34,454 bases of DNA, from contig NC_068990.1 of NCBI RefSeq assembly GCF_001194135.2, positions 62,513,047 through 62,547,500 of the forward strand. The letters run 5' to 3'. The notes beneath the pieces were generated by a model. It was given only the letters and a program-made list of their open reading frames with translations. It made no database searches and was not told the DNA's origin. The stretch's first letter is position 1. Each line of letters opens with the position of its first letter. The stretch comes from Octopus bimaculoides (lineage: Eukaryota). Positions 24,130 through 34,454 of this stretch are shown piece after piece. The translations under genes and the position numbers were made by a program.

Positions 24130-25060
24130 CCTGCACACAAACATTTGCACCCCAAAGAAACGCCATATTTGATAATTTAACGATACATAGTAGAAAGAAA
24201 ATGTAATTTACTACTTCGTGTATCAAACTTAAACTTTAAGAGGTAAACGAAATGTAAGATATTTCTTTCTTGTGTGGAAGTAGAAAAAACGCTTGATATG
24301 GTGAAGGTACCTAACTAGGATAAAATATTGCTTGATTATGTTCTCGCAAGACAGTGCCTTAAACCTACCTGTCTATGAAATCATCAGCAAAGACTAATAT
24401 TATATGTCTACATCGAAGACATGCATACTGCTTAATGAAGGTTTTTTGAAGAAGAAAGGAAACAAGATCGCTGATTATTTTTACGAGTAATTGCCATCAT
24501 GTCCTGAACGAAAATAAATTTGCATAACATATTGGTTGTTATTCCTGGAGGGAAAGACGTGAACAAAGTTACCTTACATGCTTAGGAGAAGAGTCTTATC
24601 TCAAAATAGTAATATCAGACGACACAATCACGAACGAGAATTCTGTACAAGCATCTGGTTTTGTGTTCAGCAATTTCAGGGTGACAACGTTATATAATCA
24701 AAATTGGGACGTCTTTGAGAATATTTTGTAATTCAATTCTGTTAGACAATAATAAAGTTATTTTTATCTGTCTAGAACTAACCAAAGCTTGAGGCATTAT
24801 TAAATTTATAAGGCGCTAGTGAGCTTGACAACATGTTGGACTGTTTTAAATAAAACCAATATCTTAAGAGAGATATATTAAAGGCTTATTTCCGTAATGT
24901 GGTTCATACCAGCAATAAAACCCAATAAATACTAACAAAGTCTGAAAGATATGTTACTATATCTTGTGAAAAAGATAATTCTAGCTCGAAAATAAGTGTT
25001 TCCTTTTATGGCTTTTAACTATTTATTTAGGAACAGTCACTAGGCAAAATATTTTGCTGA
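24130..25060 (+). pseudogene. Partial LRR-receptor remnant; inverted paralogue of about 26230-27010
   Basis: Clear reverse-complement homology to the 26.2-27.0 kb block, with exact 29-bp and 38-bp matches. Reads SFLCGSR, VFENI, SLRH..ALVSLTT, as in the partner copy. Confidence 0.4.
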
Positions 25061-25149
25061 ATTTCATAGCTTTAATTATGGAGCATGAAACATAAAATTA
25101 TAATCAATGAGTACAAAAATACCAAAAGTATATGTGTGTGTATGTATAG

Positions 25150-25299
25150 TCGACCACAAATTCTCAATGTAAGTCTGCTGCCTGTTTGCCGAGAGGCTGC
25201 GATTTAGCGCTGATGGGATGACTCCCTCAAACCACCGGCTGCTAAAACGTGGTGCTCCAGCATGACCGCAGCCATTTGGCTGAAACCCATAACTAAATA

Positions 25300-25356
<57 letters not shown>

Positions 25357-25410
25357 GACGGGCTTCATTTAGTTTCCTTCTATCAAATCTACTCACAGGG
25401 CTTTGGCCAG
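25150..25410. mobile_element. Two SINE fragments in opposite orientation around (TA)n
   Basis: Plus-strand tail GTGGTGCTCCAGCATGACCGCAGCC..GCTGAAAC before (TA)n; minus-strand family A segment GACGGGCTTC..CTCACAGGGCTTTGG after it. Confidence 0.7.
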
Positions 25411-25499
25411 GTTTGGTTGGTTGAATGGATAGGTTAATGGATAGATGGATGCTATGTGTGCGCGTATTATATATTTTCTCGACATGAACGGCCGATGAT

Positions 25500-27660
25500 T
25501 ATTGCCAATGTTTATGTGGTTCAGTCAGGTAGGCTCATAATCCTTCCTAGCCTTCGAAGACTGGATTCATAAGGTACAGGTTCATTCTATGTCCAGCTTG
25601 AACATATATAAAAGTTGATTCCAGCAGCAAAATTTTAAAATGTTTAGCCATAAATATTAGTGCAAGTCAAGATTTGTGAATACCAGAAAGTAGCTAGAGG
25701 ACTTGAGGTGAGTGTCGGTTGAGCCTGTAAAGAGATGCAAATTGGTTCGTAGGGGCAAAGTTTGACGTAGCTGCGGTTTGAAATGCAGCGAGAATTAACT
25801 GTTTGTTTGAAGGTTACAAATTGTATTACGTTGGTGAATGCGCTATTGTTAGTCCGTTGGAGATGGTCCAGGGTTTTTGGGTCTTGCTGCATTAGTGGCT
25901 TCAAGAGTTTGAACTGCCTGTTTTATCATGATAAAAAGAAACTTACGTGTCTTGTTTTCATTTGAAGAGGTCTGATATCCAACTTGTTTTCTTTATATGA
26001 TTAGGGATCATGCTTTTTTGAGTCAAAATTTTCACGTCCCTTTTTATGATTCTTCTTGAAGTCTTTGCTCTCGGAAGGATCGCAGATTTGGCTTGAGGCG
26101 TCAAACTTCTAAATTCTATGAAAAAAAAAACAATATGAGAAAATTGAAGCAAATGTGAAATGTAATAAAATTTACATAGCAGTGCGCTTCCTTAGTAAAA
26201 AAAAAACGAATAGATCAATAATTACTGAATAAAAAGTATTGGACACTGTTGAGTAACGTAGGAGAGCAGGAGTCCAGTACGTTTTGACAACACACTAGTC
26301 TCTTTCCAGCTAGAAGTTTTTGTTTACGTATAACAACGTAGCTTTCATATCATGCTAATATTTGTCATGTTTTACTGCTAGCATGAACATTACGGAAACA
26401 AACCTTTAAAGTGTCTCTCAAACGTGCTCTTTTGCTATTAGTTTCATTGAAAATAGCCCAACATGTTGTCAAGTTCACTAGCGCCATATGTATTAAATGC
26501 CTCAAGCTTTGGTTAGTTCTAGACAGATAAAAATATATTTATTATTATTCTCAAGCGAAATTCAATTACCAAATATTCTCAAAGACGTTCCAAGTTTGAT
26601 TATATAACGTTGTCATCAAGAAATCACTGAACACAAAACCAGATGCTTGTACAGATGAAATCTCGTCCGTGATTGTGTCGTCTGATATTACAGTTGTCAG
26701 ATAAGAGTCTTATTCATGTGATTAGCCTTATTCGCAGCTTTCCCTCCTCGTAAAACAAACATGTTATGTGCATATTCTTCATTCCGGACGTGCTGGTAAT
26801 CATTTGTAAAAGTATTCAGCAACCGTTCTTTTCTTCATAAAGTATCTAGCAAAATTTCTACTACACCATTTGTAAAATCATTATAAGCAAGCAAATCAGT
26901 TAATGGTTCTGTCATAAGAGTCTCGCTATTAGAGTCAGTTGAATACCTTCTGCACATTAAAAGGTTCTTTTCTCCAGAATGTTTCTACTCCCATACAAAA
27001 AGGAGTTAAGACAACCAGTAAACTCTATGGATGTCCAATAGAAAATCTTTCAAGAAGGAGAAGAAACTCAAAGTGTTGGATATGATTGCTAACGAACGTT
27101 TTCATTATCTTGAAATACTGGAAATGATAGCGATGAATTGAAATTTAGCAATTTCATAGAGGTAGATCAGCACAAAGAGAAAATATTTTCTAACATAAAG
27201 TGAAAGTAGAAGGCAGATATGATAAATAATGTTAGGGATTTTTGAAAGGATCAATACTAGATTGAGTGGGCTGGTTAATTTGAAGAAATTCATAGTGTTT
27301 TCTCACACAATGTGTACAGTATTTCGAGTAATGATGACGGAGGAGAAATTAAACTTTGTTAAATGTATTCATCATGAATTTGAAAGAAAAACGAGTAGAA
27401 GATATGGAAGCCTTTTCTACGGCAGTAATGCGCAGATATGTGTCTGTACATATCACTGAGAAGTAGTAGGTAGAAACATTTTGCAAATGAGGAGTTCTTG
27501 GCAAATGTCCAAAAGAAAGTGCTGCAATCTAGAATATGTAAATGCTGCAATCTAGAATATGTAAATTCATGAAGGTACATTTTCCTGTTTGAATGATATT
27601 GTGACGATAGCTGACAATTGCAAAAATAATCCACGCAAGACATACAAGTGAATGGGTTTC
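25500..27660 (-). pseudogene. LRR-receptor (TLR-like) ectodomain pseudogene; no TM/TIR seen
   Basis: Signal-like LVCLAWIIFAIVSY (27607-27648); GKCTFMNLHILDCS (27544-27585, LRRNT-like); LRR-like IHRYHFQYFKIMKTFVSNHIQ, EPLTDLLAYNDF (26874-26909), SLRHLIHMALVNLTT (26464-26508); LRRCT-like YLWLNILKFCCWNQLL (25609-25656). Heavy frameshifting. Confidence 0.4.
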
Positions 27661-27749
27661 TCTACAGGTTTTAGACAGTATACATGCTTAAGACTCCAAA
27701 TCGTAAATGAAAGTTATATTCGCGCTTATTTCTTCTGATGAGATTTGTA

Positions 27750-28296
27750 TTATTGATTACACCCCACTACTATGAAATAGAACGCTTCATATCAATATTA
27801 GTCAATGTTAGATAACAACAGACTAGAAGTAGTCAATGAAATATTAGTAGTACTCATTTGCCGAAACTATGTGAAATTTGGAAAAATGCAGCACAAAATA
27901 TCAAAATTAAGAGCAAGTCATATTATTTTAACTTGAATTGGTAATTTTCTTTCCTGCTTCCATAATCAATATTTTTTCTTATTGCAAGTTGAATAATATT
28001 AATAATTCAAATTCAATATAAAACAAAATTCAAGTTTGCATTTTCTCTCTTTTAATCACTTTATATTGAGATAACCAAAAACTGATAATTTTAATTATAG
28101 CATCTTATTTAAATATCTTGAACAACAGATGAGAACACAAACCTGAGTATTAACAGAAGAACAGTCTTGAGTAGATTGATAGCGCTTTTTACACAAATTT
28201 AATCATTCATATTTTGATCATTCTCTACCGGAAAAGCGAGCCAAAGAAGAAACCTCTACGACATATCTCTCAGAAATTGCAGTTAAATCCTCCTCT
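27750..28296 (+). pseudogene. Short LRR remnant
   Basis: MLDNNRLEVV near 27805 and KNSLE*IDSAFYTNL near 28160 fit LxLxxNxL and NxLxxIxxxAFxNL patterns. Confidence 0.25.
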
Positions 28297-28309
28297 ACTG
28301 TTTTAAAAT

Positions 28310-28670
28310 TGTTGACACTCCGTCGCTTACGACGTCGAGGGTTCCGATTAACGGAACAGCCTGCTCGTGAAATTAACGTACAAGTGGCTGAGCACTCCAC
28401 AGACACGTGTACCCTTAACGTAGTTCTCGGGGATATTCAGCGTGACAAGGCCGACCCTTTGAATTACAGGCACAACAGAAACAGGAAGTAAGAGTGAGAG
28501 AAAGTTGTGGTGAAAGAGTACAGCAGGGTTCGCTATCTTCCCCTGCCGGGGCCTCGTGGAGCTTTAGGAGTTTTCGCTCAATAAACACTCACAACGCCTG
28601 GTCTGGGAATCGAAACCGCGATCCTATGACCGCGAGTCCGCTGCCCTAACCACTGAGCCACTGGGCCTCC
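28310..28670 (-). mobile_element. Full-length tRNA-derived SINE (Ceph-SINE-like), with 13-bp target-site duplication
   Basis: Head GGAGGCCCAGTGGCTCAGTGGTTAGGGC..GGTTTCGATTCCC; 3' domain GTTAAGGGTACACGTGTCTGTGGAGTGCTCAGCCAC..GTCGTAAGCGACGGAGTG; perfect flanking ACTGTTTTAAAAT at 28297-28309 and 28671-28683. The family name is from memory. Confidence 0.85.
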
Positions 28671-28707
28671 ACTGTTTTAAAATAGTAAGGATATATTTGA
28701 TATATGT

Positions 28708-29036
28708 GAAGGCGCATGACTCAGTAGTTAGAGCGTCGGCTTTCAGTCATGAGGGTTTTTAGTTCGATTCTTGGACTATGCTGTGTCCTTGAATAAGCCA
28801 CTTTATTTCACGTTGCTCCAGTTCACTCAGTTGAAGAGATGAGTTGCGATGTAACTGGTGCCAACCTGTATCGGCCTTTGCCTTTCCTTTGAACAGTGTC
28901 GACGCCCTGGATAGGGGATACTGGTATGCATGAATGACTGCTGGTTTACCACAAAACAACCTTACCCGGACTTGTTCCTGAGAAGGAAACTTTCTAGGTG
29001 TAATCCCATGGTCATTCGTAACGGAAGGGAGTCTTT
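28708..29036 (+). mobile_element. Full-length tRNA-derived SINE, family C
   Basis: A/B-box head GAAGGCGCATGACTCAGTAGTTAGAGC..AGTTCGATTC; homologous to 4383-4696; degenerate TSD TATATTTGATATATGT / TATATCTGATTATGT. Confidence 0.85.
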
Positions 29037-29104
29037 ATATCTGATTATGTAATCCTGAAGTAAAATACAGATCTTTGATAATAGGTCTGTCCAGTTATAA
29101 CGCA

Positions 29105-29360
29105 TATGGCGTAGTGGTTAAGAGCACGGGCTACTAACCCCAAGATTCCGAGTTCGATTCCAGGCATTGACCTTAATAATAATAATAATTATAATAATAA
29201 TAATAACAACAACAACATCGAAAAACACCTTAAGAATGAGAACCCAGGTTCGAAATTTCCCCAAGACACCTGATGAAGGATGGCAGGTACATAAGTCGAA
29301 ACGTTGTGTTAAAAACAAAAAAGATTAGGACAAATATCCGTCAAATGTAAATAATGTATA
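29105..29360 (+). mobile_element. tRNA-headed non-autonomous element with Penelope-type tail and hammerhead-like core
   Basis: A-box TGGCGTAGTGG and B-box GAGTTCGATTCC, then (AAT)n/(AAC)n, then a body collinear with 33020-33240, which follows the GIY-YIG ORF. CTGATGA at 29270-29276 and GAAA at 29298-29301. Confidence 0.75.
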
Positions 29361-29527
29361 TATGACTTATTATTGCTTTATCAAAGCTATTATTGCATTG
29401 CGGTATTGCAGCTCCGACAAAAACAACAGCGAATAATATCCGTTGAATATATCAATTTTTAAATTTATACAGTTGCCCTATCCAAAAAATGTAAATACTT
29501 CGAAATGCTATCGGGAGAAGACTTGTT

Positions 29528-29636
29528 ATAAAAGATATTGGTGTCACCCTATCACATAAAAGATATTGGTGTCACCCTATCACATAAAAGATATTGGTGT
29601 TACCCTGTCACATAAAAGATATTGGTGTCACCCTGT
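29528..29636. repeat. 28-bp minisatellite, about 3.9 copies
   Basis: ATAAAAGATATTGGTGTCACCCTATCAC units, head-to-tail with no spacers. Confidence 0.95.
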
Positions 29637-29924
29637 ACTATAAGAAGTGTTATGTTTTAAAACTGAAAAGTAAAATGCAGGCAAAACAAATATGCTTTTG
29701 TAGCGAGGATAACAATGCTTTATGAGGTCTCCACGAGTAGCCCCGGATGTTTCCGTTCTATTGGGAAAGTTGCTGTATTTAAATTTTTATTGTTACCATC
29801 TTATGCTTGTATGTATTTTATTTACATTTAAAAAAAAAAATTGTTTTCGTAACCTGGTCATTTAATATTCTTAGTTTCTTTGTGAGTCTTGGTGGGTAAT
29901 AAAGAAACCTCTTCCTCCTTGAAA

Positions 29925-30122
29925 GTAGCAGGCTGGAACAAGCATTCGAACATCTGAATAAATGCCTTGCGCATTTCTTCCGGATCTTTACGTTTTGAGT
30001 TCGAGTCTTGTCGGGATCAACTTTGCCTCTCCTTCAACCAGGGTCTATAAAATATAGTACTAGTCTAGTGCTGAGGTCGATGTAATTGACTAACCTCACT
30101 CACTCCAAAATTGTTGGTCTTG
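29925..30122 (+). mobile_element. SINE family B, diverged
   Basis: CTTTACGTTTTGAGTTCGAGTC..CAACTTTGCC..GTGCTGAGGTCGATGTAATTGACT..CAAAATTGTTGG; followed by (TTG)n. Confidence 0.7.
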
Positions 30123-31792
30123 TTGTTGTTGTTGTTGTTATTGCCATTCGTCTTGCAAAAAAAAAATCCGGTTAAGTGTTTGTGAAAGACATTAGAATAT
30201 TGAAAACCATCGAGAGATTACAACCTATAAGAAAGATAAGTCGGTTTTGTTTAAATGGTTGTGTTATGAAAATGCAACTGAGCAACACACATAATTGTTA
30301 TTGAGCACTTTTACATAATTTATCAGTTTCTTGTACTTTTGTATAATGAATTAGGTTGAAATCGTCTCAAAGTTTTACTTCGCTATAATTGAGTTAACGG
30401 TAATTAACCGGCATAAGATATTCTCACATAATAGCTGATACAAAAACTTAAATGTAGACACATTCATTTGTATTTCATTTTAAAGGAGATATTTTTATTT
30501 GGTATGTTTATTTGCTGTTGCTAACTTTTAAAAACGTATCTAAAACGATTGAGTCAGCTTTTACATTTAAATGTTTTAAATGTTGTGAGAACAATATCTT
30601 ATACTATGCGTTACGTGTTAAATGTTCTATAGTATCTTTTTCCTTCCAATGGCCAATCTCCATAAGTGTAACACATCTACCTCCACTCAGTCCTTCCTTT
30701 CGCGTTTGCTTTTTAAATATAATCAAGTGAAACAGTGACGGTTTGTTCACGTGCCAAACTATAATAACATCATTTACGTAATGTACCACCATTAGAAAAG
30801 GCAAGAATGAGACTAGCAGAAGGTGGTCATTATAAGAAATAAGATGATAGATTAAAAGCGTCTGCCATTGCGATGATTAAAGCTCTAGTGACTTGGTATT
30901 TCCTGATAGTGGATGTGAGCACGTTAAACGGCAATAAAGCGAGTCATGTACAGGATGGGGAGGGAAAAAAAGACAAAAAGAAACCAGTTCGCTTCGATTC
31001 GACTTCCTTTATTCCTTTCTGAATTTTCTCAATTTGGCATAGTTATTTGGCATCATTATCCATTTTGTCATTTCTGTTAGTCTTCATGCATCACATGCAG
31101 CTTCTCCGTCACCCTTGTTTGACGCGACTCTTTTGATAGTTCAGTGAGAGCTGTATGTCTGTCTGGCATTACAGATTTTACAATATAACGCAGAGGGGCG
31201 CAAAGGATATCGTATAAACAGGAAAAATTAGCAAGTTAAATTCTGAACTTTCTATTCCAGCATTACTCTAGTAAAATCGGCAACAGAACTGCAAGTAGAG
31301 CACGCATGTGTATTTGTCTCTATGACTGTCTATAAGAGTGCATTGTGCTTATGTGTGTGCGCAGTCCCCTTTCTTTGAATGTTCGTCTCTTGTAGGTTGT
31401 GTGAGTGTTTTTGTGCCAGCATGACTGTGAATGATATATCAGCGTCTTACATCCATATTTATGTGAGCAAACATGCATTTATTAGTGTATTATTTGATAT
31501 GTAGTTTCGTGTACTTTTATACATCCAACCAAACTTTTAATCAATATGTATGTAATCGATTCCTCTGACATTCCTGTTTCTGTGTCCAATTCTTATAGCA
31601 CTGTGTTTACGCTGATTTAAGTAGAAATGAACGAGTATTTATGTGAACTTATATCTGAAAATAATTATTAAACAAAGTTGCGCTAAGGAAAGTCACTGAA
31701 ATCACTGGCATGGATTAAGGTAAATCAAGCAGGTGTTGATACACTGAAGAACATACACTCAAAACGTTTAATATTTGAAATTCATCTTTCAC

Positions 31793-31811
31793 TGAGAGAG
31801 AGAGGGGGGAG

Positions 31812-31854
<43 letters not shown>

Positions 31855-31855
31855 A

Positions 31856-31950
<95 letters not shown>

Positions 31951-31951
31951 A
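31793..31951. repeat. (GA)n/(GAGAAA)n polypurine tract
   Basis: Direct reading. Confidence 0.95.
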
Positions 31952-32156
31952 AGGGTGGGGACAAAATAGCAGTGATAATTACGAGCGGCTCACACAGAAA
32001 ACTGATATTGTAAAATGCTTGACTGTGTTTGTATATGAATTCTTTGTCTAACTAATCAATGAGAATGCTTGCCCTTCCTTCACGTATATGTCAGTGTAAC
32101 GTTCTCCGATATTATACTTAACATCTGTGTGTATGCTTCTTTCTGATATGCATACT

Positions 32157-32188
<32 letters not shown>

Positions 32189-32289
32189 CACACACTTGCA
32201 CAAACACATACACTCATACACACACAAATGCACAAAACACAACTGTTATTTGTGTAAATACTGTTAATGTTTTATTTACATTATTCAGG

Positions 32290-33270
32290 ACATTCGTATA
32301 TCGCAAGCCGACCTTTACTGTACGATACCTCAACTTCAATTCCCGCCATCCATACAGCGTAAAAGCTCGTGCAAAGAATATAAGTAGCGATCGTGATGCA
32401 CACCACAAAGAAATGATCAAGCTCAATAACGATCTGTTAAGCTGTATACTATCCACTCCAATTATGAAGAAGAGAGAGGATGAGGCCAATAAACTGTCCA
32501 CAGTCTGTCTACTCTATGTGAAAGGCCTCTCCGAAAAGATACAAAAGATATGCAGCCCATTTGACATCAGGACAGTATTCAAGAGTAATACAACACTTCG
32601 CAAATATCTCCTTTGAGTAAAACCACCAATAGAAGAGAATATGACCAAAGACTGCTTGTACTCCATCCCATGCAGCTGTGGTAGGTTATACAAAGACGAA
32701 ACATGCCTCCTCCTCAAAATAAGGGTAGACGAACATCGCAAAGCTGTAACACGAGGAGATATTGATAAATCGGGTATAGCTGATCATGTATGGAAAAATG
32801 GAGACCATCTTCCCTTGTGGGATGAAGTTAAAATAATAGACAGAGAACACCGCTGGAAAATACGAAAACTAAAAGAAGCAGCACATATTCTAGGACACAA
32901 CAATCTCCTAAGCAGACCAAGTGCAGATATGAATAGCACATGGGAACGGGTATTTAGGAAGGATAGGAAAATATTAGATTTATAAGCCCTAAAATTCACT
33001 CCATAATTGCCCACGGGCAGGCTACTAACCCCAAGATTCTGAGTACGACTCCAAGCAGTGACCTGAACAATAAGAATATTAATAACATCGAAAAATACCT
33101 TAGGAATGAGAACCCAGGTTCGAAATTTCCCCAAGAAACTTGAAGAAGGCTGGAGGGTATATCAGCCGAAACATTGTGTTAACAACAAAAAAGATGACGA
33201 CAAATATCCGTCGAATGTAAATAATGTAAATAATGCACATAATTCCTCATCTCTTAAATATGGAACAGTA
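32290..33270 (+). mobile_element. 5'-truncated Penelope-like retroelement: RT C-terminal fragment + GIY-YIG endonuclease + terminal repeat region
   Basis: One frame from 32290 to 32985: TFVYRKPTFTVRYLNFNSRHP (cf. VYRKPTHTxRYL), LLYVKGLSEKI (cf. LPYVKGLSEKI), CLYSIPCSCGRLYKDET..RVDEH..KSGIADH..RKLKEAAHI (GIY-YIG), with one in-frame TGA at 32614-32616. Confidence 0.9.
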
Positions 33271-33555
33271 CTGTTAATGCTGTTTAGTGAGTAAAGCGCC
33301 CACTCCGTTAGGATTCAGTATTAGGAAAATATTCTATCAGAATATTCTATCTATTATCAGCACTCAGGATCTTCCCAGCATTTGTTTTAAAACTATGTGC
33401 CTATGTTGTTCATAGATTTATGTATACATATACAGTTATGCATATACATGCACATAATCGTGTTCACTATCGGAAGAGGTAGTTGTGGAAGGTGAGTGGA
33501 TGGATGTAAAACAAAAGTAGGACATTTTTGAACACGCTCGTATATGTACTGTATA

Positions 33556-33784
33556 TACAAGGGGGAAGGGTGCTGCTGAAAAGTTCATGGCTTTGAATAC
33601 AAGAAAATAGAGGAGGATCAGTTAATTATGATTATATTCAACATATTCTCCTCTGAGATTCACGTACTTACTGCAGCGGTCCTTCTGTGTTTCTAAGCCT
33701 TGTCAATGAACTTGGAAGTTTGGGCCTACAACCAGGCCTTTCGCGATACCCTTAAAGCCAGGAACTTCTCAGCACCCATTCGTA
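33556..33784. mobile_element. Tc1/mariner-type MITE
   Basis: Imperfect TIRs TA|CAAGGG..GTGCTGCTGAAAAGTTCATGGCTTT and AAAGCCAGGAACTTCTCAGCACCCATTCG|TA with TA flanks; no ORF. Confidence 0.75.
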
Positions 33785-34019
33785 TATGTATTCTCTCTCT
33801 TCAGTCGCGCTGTTTTAACGGATACCCATGATTCTCTTTCGCTATCCAATTCCATTCTAAAGAAGTTGAATTGAGAGCTTGAGTCATAGTGACTCTTTCT
33901 TCAGCTGATTACATAACCATGGATGCTACCCCTATGGATCACTATAAATAGATTACTATAAATACACACAGTCACGACAACATTACTATGCTTATATCTT
34001 TCATTTATTACTTGCTTCA

Positions 34020-34400
34020 ATCATTAGACATTGGCCATGCTGTTACACCACCTTGATGATCTTAGTCGAACAAATCTACCCAGTACTTTTTTTACAGCTT
34101 TTACTTCTTGTTTAATATCAGATTCGCGTTTGGCCGTACGGCTTGTTAATGTTGTTTTCACTGTCCATTTTTCCTGTCTTGGTTTGTGTTTGCTACCTTG
34201 GAATTCTCTATTTAGTGGTCGATCCACTACTGAGGAAGAAACTATTCTAAGAGTGCGTCCAGCCTCATCTTCAAAACGCCTAGTTTAGAATAGAGGCAGC
34301 TGATGAAGAATTAATCCAAGTGGCTATTTGTTTTTCTATGTGTTCGTTCCGTTGTCTGTAGTTCATTTTTCTAACGTCCTGTACCCTGATATGCATCTAT
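34020..34400. mobile_element. Possible second Penelope-associated terminal fragment with hammerhead-like motifs
   Basis: CTGAGGA(34230-34236)-AGAA..CTTC-AAAA(34273-34276)-CG, and a second CTGATGA at 34300-34306. Confidence 0.35.
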
Positions 34401-34454
34401 ATACACATGTAGATGTAAGTATGTACATATATGTGTGTATACATGCTTATATAT

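Larger units (their letters stand above)
29360..31300 (+). pseudogene. TLR-like pseudogene (LRRs - LRRCT - TM - partial TIR), split by a minisatellite and a SINE
   Basis: YPLNISI (29437), KLLYLNF (29767-29787), CFRNL (29842-29856), RLKVLLRYN (30363-30389), THLPP, VCHCD near 30860, TM-like LFGIIIHFVISVSL (31043-31084), LFDAT (31115), and YVCL followed by HYRF after a 1-nt shift (31154-31178; cf. YxLCLHYRDF). The box1-box2 spacing is too short, so an internal deletion is required. Confidence 0.4.

Noticed and set aside
26700-26960. SEFIR (IL-17 receptor) reading of YSTDS..GVVEILLDTL..NMFVLRGG
   Set aside because: Superficial similarity only. It is poorly conserved in the inverted paralogue, and surrounding motifs fit an LRR ectodomain better. 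An HMM check would settle it.
24270-27010. Long TIRs of a DNA transposon
   Set aside because: No TSD or terminal motif, no transposase in the spacer, and the arms fade gradually and carry coding-like motifs.
28600-29165. tRNA genes
   Set aside because: A/B boxes run into SINE bodies and lack a complete cloverleaf and terminator; these are SINE heads.
29528-29636. CRISPR-like 28-bp repeats
   Set aside because: Units are contiguous with no spacers, there are no cas genes, and the context is eukaryotic.
34024-34288. ORFs 34024-34227(-) and 34031-34288(+) as genes
   Set aside because: No recognisable domain; they overlap probable repeat-derived sequence.

Overview
AT-rich eukaryotic DNA, dense in microsatellites, with six N-gaps. 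The tRNA-derived SINE families and the repeat landscape look cephalopod, most likely Octopus; this is inferred from recognising repeats, not from a search. I found no intact protein-coding gene, and nearly all listed ORFs are artefacts of N-runs, microsatellites or antisense frames. Recognisable mobile elements are: many SINEs of at least four families, a decayed HERO-like restriction-like-endonuclease (RLE) non-LTR retrotransposon (about 10.4-11.5 kb), a 5'-truncated Penelope-like element with a GIY-YIG domain (32.3-33.3 kb), a tRNA-headed element sharing the Penelope tail and a hammerhead-like core (29.1-29.4 kb), and a mariner-type MITE. The main hidden signal comes from manual six-frame translation. 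Much of the apparently unique DNA between repeats carries stop- and frameshift-riddled LRR, LRR-cap, TM and TIR motifs, forming about ten blocks on both strands. This suggests a cluster of dead, intronless Toll-like/LRR receptor genes, including a probable multi-cysteine-cluster Toll remnant and an inverted paralogue pair. These calls are motif matches by eye and need HMM or tBLASTn confirmation; boundaries are approximate.
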